DNA of 64,000 bases from the human T2T-CHM13v2.0 reference genome, Homo sapiens. The stretch's first letter is position 1. Each line of letters starts with the position of its first letter. Of this stretch, positions 14,530 to 27,761 are shown piece after piece. The notes beneath the pieces are model-generated. The model was not told the origin of the DNA. It did no database searches and was given only the letters and a program-made list of their open reading frames with translations. A program made the position numbers and the translations under genes. The stretch lies in the NCBI RefSeq assembly GCF_009914755.1, contig NC_060944.1; one strand, 5' to 3'.

Positions 14530-15210
14530 GGATGGGCAGGTAGGGAGGTGGGTAGATTGGGTGAATAGGGAGTGGATGGGTGGGTGGATACATGGAGGAG
14601 GGTGGAGGGATGGGTGGGTGAATGGATGAGTGGATGGGTGAGTGGATGGATGGGTAGGTGGTTTGATGGGCAGGTAGGTAGGTGGATGGATAGATGAGTG
14701 GGTAAACAGATGGGTATGTGGGTGAATGGATGGACAAGTGGATGAATGGGTGGGTAGGTAGGTGGATGGAAAGGTAGGCCATGAATGGATGGGTAGATGG
14801 ATGGGTGGGTAGATGCATGGATGGGTGGATGGATGAGTGGGTGGATGGGTGGGTGGATGGATGGGCGGGTAGGTGGATGTGTAGGTAGATGGTGGGTAGG
14901 TGGATGTGTAGGTAGATGGTAGGTAGGTGGATGGATGAGTAGGTGGTTTGATGGGTGGGTAGGTAGGTGCATGGATAAATGGGTGGGTAAATAGATGGGT
15001 AGATGTGTGGATGGATGAGTGGGTAGGTGGGTGAATGGATGGGTGGATGGGTGAGTGGATGGATGGGTGGATAGGTAGGTGGAATGGAAGGATGGGGTAG
15101 TGAATGTATGGGTATATGGATGGGTGGGTAGATGGATGGGTGGGTTGAAGGATGGGTGGGGGGATGGATGAGTGCACGGGTGAATGAGTAGATAAAGGGA
15201 TGGATGGAAA
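14530..15210. repeat. Degenerate (GGAT/GGGT/AGGT)n array
   Basis: Seen directly. Confidence 0.95.
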
Positions 15211-15696
15211 TAAGGAAGGAAGCATAGTTAGATCAAGAGATGATGACTGAACACAAGGAAAAAAGGAAAGATAAAAAATGGAAAGAGGGTTGGTTGGGTA
15301 GGTGCAAAGATTGTTAGTTAGGTGGATGAGTGATTGGACTGGCAGATAAAAGGAAAGACCAAAGTATGAATTGACAAATGCTTGGGCAAAAGCATGGATG
15401 AATAAATAATCTCCTGCAGTTCTACAGACAGACCAGGGAGAGGGCAAGGATGTGTGCTCTTAGAAGTGGCAGATCCAAGTCTAGGATCTGACTCCTGCAT
15501 GAGTGTTCCTCCCAAGGCCCAGCTCTAGGCCCCACCATGTGTGGATCCAGGGGCACATAATCCCACATTAACCATGCGGCCCTCCTTATCCATGCCAGCT
15601 CTACCTGCAGCTAAGAGTTGGTCTGTGAGGAAGGGGGAAAGGCACCCACCTCACGGCCTTCCTCTCCCATTCCTTCTAATGAAGTCTCCTAATTAC

Positions 15697-15826
15697 TTTT
15701 TAATGACCTGCTTCCTGGCTTTCTCCAGCTGTTTCTTCAGCATCCCTTGGCTGAGTTGCTTTTGGCTGAATGGGAATTTCCTGAGTAGGCTCCATCTCTT
15801 CTTGGATTCTGGGTCTTGGGGACCCC
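15697..15826 (-). pseudogene. PIEZO pseudo-exon before THU9
   Basis: GPQDPESKKRW..MLKKQLEKARKQVIK aa|gtaatt vs PIEZO2 KLQEHLIKAKAFTIKK. Open; phase 2 joins g|TFQVY. Confidence 0.8.
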
Positions 15827-16272
15827 CTGGCAAGACACAATAATACAGGTCTCCTCCTTGACCTTTTCTCCCAGAAGCTATTTTAGTTGGGAGCACTCTG
15901 CCCATCTCCTCCACTGATTCCCATCCCCATGACCAGCCCCACGTGCTTTCCACCAGTGTCTGAGCTCAGGCTGGGGGTTTGCTCTGTCGTGTCCCCTGAT
16001 CCCAAGGGGCCAGGTCTGGAGCCCCAGGCCAGACAGGAGAAAGCCTGGTGGGGTGGGGAGCAGCAGGGAGGTCTGGGGTGAGGAGGAAGTATGTAGTGGG
16101 CCTGGGAACAATGACCAGCAGACCTTCTCCCAGTCCCATCACTTGGGAACCCCAATGGCCCACACTTTGCCAGATTCTACAGCTGGTTTGAGACTATGGG
16201 GGGCTCCTCCTCAGGGGCCTGGGGTCCAGACCAAGTAGGGTATAATCTACTCTGCAATACTCTTCAGCACAC

Positions 16273-16431
16273 CCAGCGGTGGGCTGGCAGTTGCAAAGGC
16301 AGCTCCTAGGAGTAGGGGTTCTGCTCAGCCTGTCTCATGAGGTGGCCACAGCCTGGAGCCCCTTGGCTGCTTTTTATTGCTTTCTGCCCTTTTTCTTCCC
16401 CTTGCAATGAACAGGTCCCAAGCCCTAGAGA
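16273..16431 (-). pseudogene. Tentative GLWD pseudo-exon
   Basis: Pyrimidine tract then SLGL(W)D (1-bp loss) vs CYGLWD/CHGLWD, followed by a charged linker. Ends approximate. Confidence 0.35.
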
Positions 16432-17197
16432 GGCAAGGCAGGCAGGGAGGAGGGGGCTGAGGAGTTTCCACCCACCACCATGGCCACACAGCCTCCCCAA
16501 ACTCACACTCGGCCAGCAAACCAGATGGAGGATATGGGGACTGGAGAAGGTGCTGGAGTCTCTGCAGAGAGCAGGAGGGGAAGCACAGGAGAGAGGGTGG
16601 GTGTGGCTTCCTGAAGGCAGGGAGAAAGCAGGAGAGAGGCAAAGGAGTATAAAATAAATCCCTGGCAGGAAGATGAAAAAGAAAGGTTTCTAGGGAAGGA
16701 CAGGCAAGGTGATGGGGACAGGTTTCTGCAGAGTGGGACAAGAGCAGGAGCATGAGAAGACAACTTGGGGGCTCCCTGAAGTTGTGGTGAGAGGCGAGGG
16801 AGCCGGCACACAGTGGGGCTCACTGCTGAGGAAGGACTGCAGCCATGGCTCAGAACTCCAGGGAGGTTAGCCAGGGAACAAGAAAGTCCGAAACCAAATG
16901 ATTTAAATTTCACTGAAAAGAAAGCACGCTCAAACAGAAGGCAGGGCAAGTACCACTGGAGGCAGAACCAGGACGTGAAAATTCCATTGTCAGTCTCTGC
17001 TGTTGTGACATCCCTGGCCAAGGAAGAGGCTCTAGCAGCCACAGGGAGTCTCAGTTTCCACATCTGGAAAACGGAGGCAGTTACTATGGCCTTGGCCAAT
17101 CCCCTCTCACTTTCATCAGAAATAAGAAATGAGCAAAGGATGCCTCCTAGGAAATGGAATGAGCTTTCACAACCCCCCTGCTCTGGGGCTGGCGTCC

Positions 17198-17385
17198 CTT
17201 CCTGGTAGAGCGGTGGGTGAACAGCACAAGTAACTGCAGGAGATCGCAGAGGACACAGCTGTCCTTCTTCTCCATTCCAATTATATTTGGCAGGGAAAGT
17301 GGCTTTTCCCCACTGATGCCAGTGTATCATTTTGTGGTCCAGGGAAAGAATCCAAACTGCAAAATTATTTGACCACGACAGTGGC
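17198..17385 (-). pseudogene. PIEZO pseudo-exon, ~THU8 TM31-32
   Basis: ATVVVK(fs)LQFGFFPWTTK*YTGISGEKPLSLPNIIGMEKKDSCVLCDLLQLLVLFTHRSTRK vs VAIVVKYFFQFGFFPW..KPYHPPNIIGVEKKEGYVLYDLIQLLALFFHRSILK. 188 = 189-1 bp; TGA at 17327-17329; donor GT>GG. Confidence 0.95.
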
Positions 17386-19970
17386 CTCCAGAAAGGCAGG
17401 AGAAACAGAGAGGGAAAGCCGTTGCAAACGGTCTGATGAACACGCACACACATGCGCGCACACACCCATAAAGCAAGTGAATGCCTAGGAAGCGCTCAGT
17501 GTATGCTAACGTGCGTCACAAATGTAAGAGACTGTTCTGGTCATCATCAGAGGCTAGAGATTAAAAGGAAATAAAACACCAGAAACCACCGTGAATACAT
17601 AAGCTGGCCCCATGTGACACTGCTGAAGGCTGGCCAGCCTTTTTAATTTCTTTGAGCTATTACTCCCTTTTTAATTTCTCCTGACATTTGTTGCCTGCTA
17701 AATCAATTTGATACATGGCAGGCAGGTGAAGATGGCTCTCCCAGCCTACCCCTTCTCATCGGCGAGTCGAGGAATAGTGGTTTTAAGAGATTGTCTTTTT
17801 ATGCTGAAAATGCTCAAAAATGGCTTTGTTTCCTTTGGCAAGAGGAAAAGGTCACCCAAAGTCCCCATCCTTTGAACACTGATAGATTATCAGACATCAG
17901 GGAGAGCAGTTTTCTGAGCCAAGAAAGTGAATGACCGGATGCGTCATGTTAGACAGTTTCTTTAATGCTATTTTTGGGCGCCACCCCAGGACAGAGAACT
18001 GCTTCTGTTTCACCAGCTCTTATAGTACAAGTTCTTCTGTCAGATAAATAGCCTCACGACTCGTGGGGACCCCCTTGGGGGCTGGCTGTTGATGCTCCTG
18101 TGTGGAAGCTGGTTCACACAGGGAGATAACGGAGGAGTAGGCGCAGAAAGATGCCTCCGGTCCTGGGGAGTGGGCAGTATCCCCCACATCTGTCAAAAGT
18201 AATCCTGGCAGCCAGGATGGAACTGGCTGATGGGGAATCTCCCTGTGTGATGCAGAAGAGGGTTCAGGAGTGGGCTCTCATCTCCAATTCTGCCTTGGAC
18301 CAATGCCCTTTTGGTTTCCTTGTCTGTAAAATTTAGGGGGTTGGTCTAGATGATCTTTAAGGCACTCTCCAATTTGACCTTCTCTAACTCTCTTTAAAAA
18401 CCTATTTTTACTAGTCAATTGGAACTGAGAAGGAGAGCCAGCCCTCTAAGTACGAGTGCTACACATGGAGAAGCCACAAGGTCTATACCTTTGGAATCCC
18501 AGCATGACTTCATGACTCCAAATAACTCAATTGGCAGGGACAAGTTCAGACACTGGCGTGTGTGGTTTTCTCTAAAGCACCCCAAACGTGGCACGTCATG
18601 GAGAACCATGCTCTGCAGATGAAAGCTGGAGCTTCAAAGGCTTGAGGCAAGAACAGGCGAGTCTTACCCTGAGAAATAACTCGGACTCTGTAGGAGTTGG
18701 GAATGACCCTTAGGATGTCACCAGGCACCATGGGGAAGAGGGCCTGGGTAGATTAGGGATGTCTGCCATGAGCACCTGATGGAAGAAGCCACATGCAGGC
18801 CAAAGGGTATTTCCCTTTCCTGGTAGAGGAAATGTCAATGAACATGGAGGCAGGAGATGTGGGCCCTTGTCAATGACTCAGGCATGTCATTCCCGGCCCA
18901 TGTTCCCTCCCTTTGCAGGGCCTGGCCTCTCTGGAGGCCCCTAGGGATTGAAGGATATGAAGGGGGATGGAAAGTTGTGTAGACCCTCCCAGATCAAGCC
19001 ATCCAAATGTGAGATGGTATTAACAGAAGGTCAAATTAGAGGAATAGTTTAAGGGGCATCAAATTTTATTGGACTCAGCTCTATAAGCAGTCAGTCAAAA
19101 CCAATCTGTTTCATTTATACTTGGGAGGATCTACTTGTACACAAAAAAATGTAACAAGGACTTTTAAAAGTGCATTTTTCCAGTGGATTAAAATTTTCTT
19201 TATAATGATGTTTACTGTTTTTTTTAGAAAAACCAAACCAAACAAACAAACAAAAAAACCCACAAATCTTTCTTTCTAGCTCGTACAGTCCTGGGATATC
19301 AGAGTTTAAAAGGAACCAGAATGGACTCTGGCCAGCTGCCTCTTCCCCTAGGAGTCTTCAGTGATTCTGAAGGAGGGGACACAGATCTAGGCGGCTTCCC
19401 TCCCTCCCTCCCCAACCACAGCTCTTGGGAGGGGAGGGGCAGTGACAGGAGAGGAACCATAGTTCATGCTGACAGGCTTATAAAAATGATGTGGTGGGAG
19501 AAAGAACCCAATGACTGGTACTTAACTCTTGCTCTAATTAATTTCGTAGACAGGCTGTCTTCAAGTTTGCAAATGTGGCATTGGAGTCAGAAAGAGCACC
19601 AGAGCTAGTGGTAAATTATGTCCAAGATGCAAAAAGAAAAAAAAAAGATAAAAACAGAAGCATGCATTCCCAAAGTCCACTGTATAAGTATTTGCTACGT
19701 GTGAGGCAGGTGGAAGTACTTGTTATCACTTCACCTGACTTGTGAAAGCTGACGCACTCTTGGGAGACAATGAGAACAGTAGGAGTTGCATTCTCTGGTT
19801 CCACCAAGTCAGGTGTTTTGATTCTAGCACCTGACATGTGGCAGTGTTGTTGTATAAAGTCACCTCAAAGGGTGTGGGTGGCTGGGATGGTGGTGGGTGG
19901 AGTGTCTCATCTGCTGCCATAATCCACTGGCAGGAGCTGGGTCCTGGAGGGGTCTCCCCTTGGTACCTAC

Positions 19971-20227
19971 CTCCATGTAATAGATCGCTGCCATCCAAAA
20001 TTGCTTTAAGAGCCTTGGGACTGAAAGCATTGCCCACAGGAAAGATAAGATGGCGAGAACATCAAGAGGATGGAAGCCAAGAGTGCGTGATTCAGAATGA
20101 TCACCAAATAGCAGAGCATCTCAGACTTGGACACGGCCATCTGGAGCAAGGCGAAGGCCAGCTTCACCAGGCGTGGCAGGCTCCCATGAACCCTGTCCGG
20201 CTGCTCAGCTCCTCATCCCGGGACATG
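19971..20227 (-). pseudogene. PIEZO pseudo-exon, ~THU8 TM29-31
   Basis: MSRDEEL(fs)EQPDRVHGSLPRLVKL..SKSEMLCYLVIILNH..(fs)VLAILSFLWAMLSVPRLLKQFWMAAIYYME|gtaggt vs PIEZO2 MFHDDELEE..RSEMVCYFVIILNH..LWAMLSVPRPSRRFWMMAIVYTE. 257 = 259-2 bp. Confidence 0.95.
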
Positions 20228-20651
20228 CTGGGGGACGAAGTGACCCTGCCGTGAGTCCCAGAAAGACAGGCCTACAGCCCCAGACAAGAAATACCAATAG
20301 GTAAAAATAATCCTAGATTTTTTTCAAACTCTACACAGGGAGCAATTTTTTACTTTCCTGGAGCACTCAGCCACAAGGTTTTCCATTTAACAGGCACGCC
20401 CTAGAGGCATTTTAAAAAAATATGTCATTTGAAAAAGAAAAAAAAAAAAGCTCAATTGCTCACAATTTCTCTATTGAGTAAAGTATTTTCAAACAAGTAA
20501 TCAAATTCAAAGAACCATTTGCTTTGTATTGGAGAGTATATAGCATAACCCCATTTAGCTTAACTTGCTAATCCAAGTACAACTATTTGGGCGGCTGGAT
20601 TGAATAAGAAAAACATGCTGGTGCCTAACCTGGGTTACAGATACTCCTTGC

Positions 20652-20800
20652 CTTTTAAGGCACAGATCACTAGCTGGCAACTTCTTGAAGGGCGCTTTTC
20701 TGCTGGAGCTGCTGGTCTTTTTGACTCTCCGAATAGGTGAGGTATAACAGGTGGGATGCGGTGGCTGTCAAGGGACCACTTGGACTTACCAGCCCACTGT
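20652..20800 (-). pseudogene. PIEZO pseudo-exon before THU8
   Basis: Ends KKLPASDLCLK ag|gcaagg vs ELTASELLLKK, and phase 2 joins c|MSRDEEL of the next exon. Start approximate. Confidence 0.65.
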
Positions 20801-21369
20801 CTGCAAGGGAAGCTACCCATCCAGGCATCCTTCCTGGGGCAGGGTCCTTCTCCTCTCCCTGCTTATGCCTTTGCCCCTCCTGGCTGGCCCACACCAACTG
20901 TGCATTACCATCTCTCTGACCTCCCTAGACCGTTAAGACATCATTTTTTAAAACCTTCAATGACCAACTGATTACATTTGCATCAAAGGGCGTTCTACAT
21001 GTTTTTTAAAAGACCTCATGAATTTTGATTCCAGACTCTTCCCATCTGGAATTCACAATCACTTGGGATGGTCTGAGATTTATTCTTGCATGATCAATGA
21101 AGACTGCATTGATTTCACAAGTCTACCAGCAAACACCAAAAATCTGCTGCGTTCTAGACCTTGAACTAGACTGCAGAGACACAAAGAGGGTTCCCACACC
21201 CTCTTTCCTCACAGGGCTCACAGGTCAGGGAAGGCACAGAAGCCCCAGTGAAAGGCAGGACCCAGGGCACAGTACCTGGGGCAGAGTCACGTCTAAGGTG
21301 GCATGGAAGTTGAGAGGCTTCCTGGAGATGAGGCTGGGGTAGGTCTTGGAGGATGAGGGGAAACCATTC

Positions 21370-21734
21370 TGATATGGTTTGGCTGTGTGGCCACCCAAAT
21401 CTCATCTAGAATTGTAACTCCCACAACTCCCACAGGTCATGGGAGGGACCCAGTGGGAGGTAATTGAATCATGGGGGCCGGTCTTTCTTGTGCTGTTCTC
21501 ATGACAGTGAATAAGTCTCATGAGACCTGATGGTTTTTTAAAGAGGAGTTCCCCTACACAAGCTCACTCTCTTTGCCTGTCGCCATCCATGTAAGATGGG
21601 ACTTGCTCCTCCTTGCTTTCCAACATGAGGCTTCCCCAGCCATGAGGAACAGTAAGTCCATTAAACCTCTTTCTTTTGTAAATTGCCCAGTCTTGGGTAT
21701 GTCTTTATCAGCAGCATGAAAATGGACTAATTCA
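21370..21734 (+). mobile_element. THE1 (THE1B/C-like) MaLR solo LTR
   Basis: tgatatggtttggctgtgt...cagcagcatgaaaatggactaattca, ~365 bp. Confidence 0.9.
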
Positions 21735-22152
21735 CCCTCCCACTAGAGAAGCCTGGTGAATGGACATCCTCGGCACACTTTGTATCTTGTGCAATTCAAA
21801 GAGCATGGGGCTTGGGGAATGGAAAGCCCATCAGATCACAAAGGACCTCATTGGCTGGGCTGAGGTGTTCTCATCCTTCGTGACCTGATTTCATTCTTCC
21901 AGAGGTAGGACAGCTAAGAGTTAAGGGCAGGTATGGGAAGAATCGGGGCCAATTTAAAGAGCGAATTGGGTTGAGGAGAGGCTGGAGCCAGTGGAGAGTC
22001 ACTGAGAGATCCGAGAAGCGACAACAATACTCTGACTCAGGGCCACAGTGGGCACAGGCCTGAAACCCAGAGACTTTCCCAAAATAGTCCCCAGCATGCA
22101 GCATCCCCTGGACATGGTGGGTAAGGGAAAAAAAAGAAAGTAACGACATCAC

Positions 22153-22214
22153 CTGGGATTCCACACCAGGAACCACATGGCTGGTGAAGACTTTCTATGA
22201 GATTTGGAATAAGG
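22153..22214 (-). pseudogene. Tentative pseudo-exon
   Basis: caacag|c LIPNLIESLHQ.. g|gtgatg vs PIEZO2 GNVPTRESIHM. Phase-1 end fits the next exon. Confidence 0.3.
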
Positions 22215-24636
22215 CTGTTGATGGGCAAAGACCACAGAGCACAGAGGGAGCCGGTTCCAGGGGCGAGAGGAAGTCATGTGCCTGGGTCTTGCAGGGTGAG
22301 AGAGAGCTCCTGAGCAGGTGGAAATGCTGGCCTGATGCTTAGGACACATGCAGAGGAAGAACCAAGAGAAAGTGGCGTCCAGAATCCAGGGCACCGAGAT
22401 CCAGGAAGGTGGTGGGAGCCTCGGCAAAGAGACCAAATAGAAGGAATTTGCAAGGAGATGGGCACGGGCTCACCCCTGGTAGGCAGAGTGGTCTCATTAT
22501 CAGTCTGTGCTAGACCAAATAGGGAAAGGCTGGTGTGGAAATTAAGCATAAGGCTTCAGCTGCCCTTCGACCCTTTGAAGAAGTTTGGTGGTGAGGCATG
22601 GGGTAAGCGTGTGACTCGCTGAGGCCTGTGAAGACCCCAGCCTGCTGGGTCACAGGAAGGAATGGAAGAGCAGGGCTGGAAAACAGAATCAACACAGCAG
22701 CAGCACTCAGGGGAGCAGAGCAGGAATGAGGGAGGCCCCGGACCAGGGGAAGGGGACCCGGCCTCGAGGTGAGAATCCACTGCTCATGGGAGACAGGGGA
22801 AAGGGTCAAGATGGCAGGCCTGGGGAAGAGGATTCGGGAACATTCATGTTCCTCTGTAGCTTCTATTCCTGCTGGGATGGAAGAGCGGGTGGGGTCGGGG
22901 AGAGTGGGGAGGGGCTCAGGTTTGGATTGACAGCATGGGAACAGCAAAGGTGACGCCCAGGTCCCAGCAAAAGCGTATCTGAGTGGCACTGAGACCCTCC
23001 AGTCTGCAGGGGTGCCAGTGGACAGGCAGAGGTAGCTGCCATGGCTACTCACGACTGTGTCCACAGCAAGCGGACGTCCACACCCACAGGGATACCCAGG
23101 CCTGGGAATATGGCAGCGGGGTAATCTCAGCCCTCCATTTCCTCTTGTGTCCAAACGGGGATAATCTTACTACCCTCCTCACAGGGTTACTGAGGTGGTT
23201 AAGGAAGTTTATCCACACAAAGCCACTCAGGAGCATGTCTGGCAGATGGAAAGAGCTGGAAACAAGCCCTTGTTACCACTCTGATGGGAGCAGCCCCTCC
23301 TGCATCCGTCTCCTCAGCATACCATGGGCACCAGGCTGTCATCCCAAGGGTCCTGTCATCCTTGTTCCCACCCCGCGGTGACAAGGACAGGGCCTACCCA
23401 TGCTCAAGAATGCAGCCACATTTGAATTTATGGATGGGCCCAGGACGAGGCCTCCTAGAATTTCTCGCCAGGTCTCCCTCCCGCCCTGGCACTCCTATTA
23501 CATGTCTTCATGAGGCCTGCATCATTTACCCCTCCCAGGGGACTTTATTAGAGGGACACATTTACAAAGTCACAGTTCCCATTTGGTCACTTAAATTGCA
23601 CAGGAAAAGGGGCCCTGTCAACTTCAACTGGGGCCGCCTCTGACTTCTCTAAAAGCCAGATTTCGCACAAGAGGAAATTACTTCTGTACCTGCCGTGGGC
23701 CGTTGTTATTCAACTCGGAGTATAATTTCATAGCATTAGCAAAAATGATTCCTTTTATAGCTCTATAAATGTCCTTGGCCCACAAAATGCAGTCTTGACC
23801 TTCAGAGAGACTGAGTTTTCAGGGGGTGCCCTTTTCACGTGGGGTTGTTCCGGGGCAGGGAGCCTTTTTGGGGCTGAGGACGGTGCGCTATCACCATTGA
23901 GGAGGGCAACCTGTCATCCACCTCCTTCTTGGGGGGTGTCCAGGCTGAAGTTGTGCGTGTTTCTGCGTGGATCTTTACAGCCATGGCTTCTCCTCTTTCC
24001 TCAGCCAGTTGGGTATCTTCTGGCCACTGCTCTCAGGACTTGGGTAACCCTCTGCTGCCCGGCTGCGGCTCCTATCCCTTTTCCCTGTTGGCTGGGGCTG
24101 CTCGTGCGGTCTCTTGCAATGGGGCATGGCGGTATCTCAGAATGCTCTGTCTAGTGGCCTTCCTTCCCTGGAGAGAAATGTCTGATCTTTATTATAGTAA
24201 GAAAAAGAAAAAGGAGGGAAGCAAAGAAGGACAAGGAGAGAAGGAAGGGAAAAATCAGCGGGGGTTCTACTTCCATTACAGGGAACTGACCACACGCAAT
24301 TGTTTGCAATTTGCATCTCAAGTGGCCACCTAGGATCACCAAGGGGATCTCCTGCTGTCATCCCAAAGACCTCCCCGGGAACTCTGGACACAGGTGGCTG
24401 AGCACAGTGACTCTCTGCGGGCTTCACTGGGAACATGCCGGGTGTGTGGCCAGGAGGGAGGGTGGGAGCAGTCAAGGCCTTCAGCAGCCATTGCCAGGAG
24501 CTAATGCAAGACATAAATCATCTGTCAGCTTACAAAGTGACTTTCAAAGTTGTCGGAATGGAATAATTAAAAGAAATTGATATCGTAAGAGAAAGCCGTC
24601 CCTGCCATGGCCAAGCTTGCCTTACTGACAGCTCAC

Positions 24637-24771
24637 CGCCACACACGTTGCTCCGCCCTCCGGGCCACCACAAACGGCTGCTGTCTCTGCTTGGTGCACC
24701 CCAGGCCTCGGTGACCTTCCTGAACACCCAGGAGAACCAGGCCATGGCAAGGAGCCTCTGGGCTGTGCCTT
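24637..24771 (-). pseudogene. PIEZO pseudo-exon, clasp
   Basis: EGTAQRLLAMAWFSWVFRKV..TEA..SRDSSR(fs)VVARRAEQR|gtgagc vs VVQRVLSTAQFLWMLGQA..MSDVLRAERY. Internal deletions. Confidence 0.75.
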
Positions 24772-25179
24772 CTTTGGGGAAAGAGCAAGAACCCTCTGAC
24801 GAGGTGACTTAATGGCTCATCAGCTTTCCACCGTCGGCGACAGAAAGCTGGCCACAGTGATCCGAGAGACAGCTGATGAAATGCCACCAACACCATCACT
24901 GTTTCTTTCTGTTAACTTGCCACACAGAGCCAAAACCAACAAAAATCCAACCAGCACACCAGATAAGTATTGAGGCGCTGCTATGGGGGCCCTGCTAGGA
25001 GGATTTCCCTGGACTCAACGGGTTCCTGTCCAAGGTAGGAACTGTGGATGAAGAAGATGGGTTCCAGGGGTGGAGTGGGGAGAAGAGACCCTTTTCGTCT
25101 CTGAGCCCCCTACCCAGCCTCCACCCCTCCTGTAGGGGGAGAGGTTGGTGGGGTAAGGTTTGCATTATAAATAGCTGAT

Positions 25180-25355
25180 GTTTATTAAGCACTTATTATG
25201 CACTACGCCCACTGTGGTTTTATCTTGGAGCAATTCTCTCCGTTAGGTCCTTTCATTATCCTTCTTCGCCGATGGAGAACTGAGATCCAGAGAGTTTAAC
25301 TAACTCACCCAAGATCACATCAGCTACTGGGGTGGAAGTAGGAGCTGATCCCAGA
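25180..25355 (-). mobile_element. MIR
   Basis: tttattaagcactt..gaactgagatccagagagtttaactaactcacccaagatcacatcagcta. Confidence 0.7.
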
Positions 25356-26074
25356 CCAACTTGCTCAGGAAGAAAGGTCATTTGAAATCACGGACGGAGG
25401 GAATCCTGGAAGAGCTGCCCAGCAAACGGGGAGGAGGAATCTGGGGTTGTGGGGGAGGGGGGGGGGGTCTGAGGTGCTGTCACAGTTCACATCCTGGCTC
25501 CAGCACTTTCCTGCTGAGGGCCCTTGAGCAAGTTGTGTGACCTCCCGATCACTATCTTTAACTGGGAATCAGTGTTAAGGGGTGTCAGATTCATGCCTGG
25601 CTTGCCCAGTAAGCCCTGATGAACACTGGCCATGGACTGGTTCCTACAACCGGGTGTGAACACGCGCCTCTCAACCCCAGGGAGACAGCCCAGTCAGCGT
25701 TCTTTCTCATGAGCTTCCAAGTGTAGAAAGCATTTGTGGGCCAGGGGCCACTCTAGCCCCTAAACTCTACCTTCCCCCAGAAACGAAGATTCTATGTCAC
25801 ATCAAAAAGGGCTGAAGCCACAGGGTCCCATAGAGAGCCACGTCTCTCCTGCTTCACCTCGGAAACGTGGCAGAAAGTGTAAACGCCATTGGAAAGTCTG
25901 GCAGCGTCTTATTTAGAGCTTGGTTCTATTTTGTGTTTACATCTGTGAGCTGCCTCTACCCATTTGCATCCCTGCCCAAGCTTGCCGGAGTGTCTGCACT
26001 GACCTGGTCACATTTTTTTTTTTTCCCTGGTAGGTTTTCTCCTGTGTTGGATATGGTAGAGCCTCCGTACATAC

Positions 26075-26131
26075 CAGGTTCATCTGAATTCTCAGCCTCA
26101 GCTGCGGTCACGCGCATCACCAGCTTCTCAC
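26075..26131 (-). pseudogene. Probable short acidic linker pseudo-exon
   Basis: 57 bp, phase 1-1, AG/GT (g|gtatgt), GEKLVMRVTAAEAENSDEP. Size, phase and position match the short PIEZO linker exon; little sequence similarity. Confidence 0.5.
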
Positions 26132-26861
26132 CTCCCAAATCACACCAAAGAAGAATAAAATAGGCATCCATCGGAAATTCCCGTCTGCTTTCGACACACA
26201 TTTTTGTAAATGTTCGTTACATCCTAGTAGGGGTGAGTGTGTGTCTAAGGCAGGCATGTTGATGGGGTTGGGGAAGTTATGGCCCACCTTAAACGTAATA
26301 ACCTTGCGCAGTTCTTTGGGGGCTGCGAGTACACTACAGGCATGAATGTTCAGTCACCTGATCTTCATTCCAGACGCTAGGAAAAGCAGGCCGGTGTAAG
26401 GAAGAAAGCCTTTCAAATTTGTATTGGCTCCTATTTAGTATTTGTCAGGGTCCAGGGCTGCACTCCAGTGAACGCCTCACTTAGGAAAGATTGGACACTC
26501 GACAGACCACATATTTATCTCGCTCTCTGTCGGTCAGTGCGTTCCAAAGCCCAAGCCGTTATGGAAAACAGGCTCGGAAAAATGCATATTTCCCCCAACA
26601 TCTCAGACTAACAAGCTGCCCCTTCAGCAAATATCCCATTGCCCCAGCCACGGGGATCACCTTCATGATGCCCCCTCCCCATCAGAGCGTATAAAAGAGT
26701 CCCTATGCTTCCCATAGGCCTCATGACCTCATCTCTCCTGCACAGTCCACTTGGTGTTAATGGGCCCAGTCAAAAGGCAGGACTGTTGGACGCCAGTGTT
26801 CCTTATTCGACCATCTGTCGATCAAAGTGACCACACAAACCCCGCTTTGCCGTCGCAGTAC

Positions 26862-26982
26862 CTCCACAGCAACGCCACGGTTCTCCCTCTTCCTCTCACA
26901 CGCTTCTCCCCATCCCACCTGGGTCCTGCCGCCTCCTCCCGAGAGCAAACGTGGAGCTATTTGTCCAAGCGTCATATGCGAG
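26862..26982 (-). pseudogene. PIEZO pseudo-exon, clasp
   Basis: LAYDAWTNSSTFALGRRRQD..V*EEEG vs LAYQAWVTNAQAVLRRRQQE. Acceptor AG>GG; TGA at 26896-26898; phase-1 GT donor. Confidence 0.85.
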
Positions 26983-27761
26983 CCGCAGGAGACGCTCATA
27001 AATCCCTGCCCTGTTCTCTGGCAGTTTCAGACGTTGTCGGGCCCAGACCCTCCTTTTCTTTCTTAAAGGTCACAAAATCTAATTAGAACCATTGCTAACT
27101 GTATATTCTCGTTGTCGGTAAGCCTTAAATAATAAAAATCAGACCAAATGAGACTAAGCAAGGGAGATGGAAAATCGATGTCATATTTGTTCCAAGTAAT
27201 TTCCCTTCAGAAGAGAAAAGGCTCTTAGGACTGGTTTGTGAATTTAAAAGATGTTTAAAGTTGCATCTAGGCATCGGAACATCAAAGTCAACCCCAAACA
27301 GAATTTCGCTGGATGATCTCTCCTTATTCCCGGAAAAGTCAGTGCTGTTTGGTAGAAGGGCCTAAGACGGGGTGACAGCCTTCCTCTTCCTGTCTGTTTT
27401 AAGCAGTTGTGGCTTTGCCAAAAATAAAAATAATTTCTTTGAAAAACCGATCCCTTAAGGAGCAAAGAGTAATAACATACGAGGTTCTTTTCCCTTACTT
27501 CACTATTTTTCTGCATACTTTCAACTAAAATGCACACTTAAGAAAAAAACCTAAATAATAAGAATGCAACCCGCACACACTCACACATGCATAGTGAGGA
27601 CGAGGAATGAACTGCCCCTGGAAATGCTTATCTTTTTGCCTGAAATACCCCAAAAAGGTTGATTAACATCTCCAGATAAGCACTTCTGTTTCCACACCTT
27701 TGGGTTTTACATGTGTCCATGACAATGGGAGCGATTTATGCCAAGAAAATTGGTTGACCTG

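Noticed and set aside
14421-15447. Pro/His-rich ORFs up to 329 aa
   Set aside because: Translations of the (CCAT/CCCA)n tract.
15943-16044. Possible extra linker exon
   Set aside because: Acceptor plausible, but frame and donor ambiguous and no homology.
16503-17465. 320-aa minus-strand ORF
   Set aside because: Crosses the PIEZO exon in the wrong frame and includes MIR-like intron sequence; no recognisable family.
24296-24316. Octamer ATTTGCAT next to a SOX-like ATTGTT
   Set aside because: Spacing and orientation do not match the canonical SOX-OCT composite; single short motifs are expected by chance.
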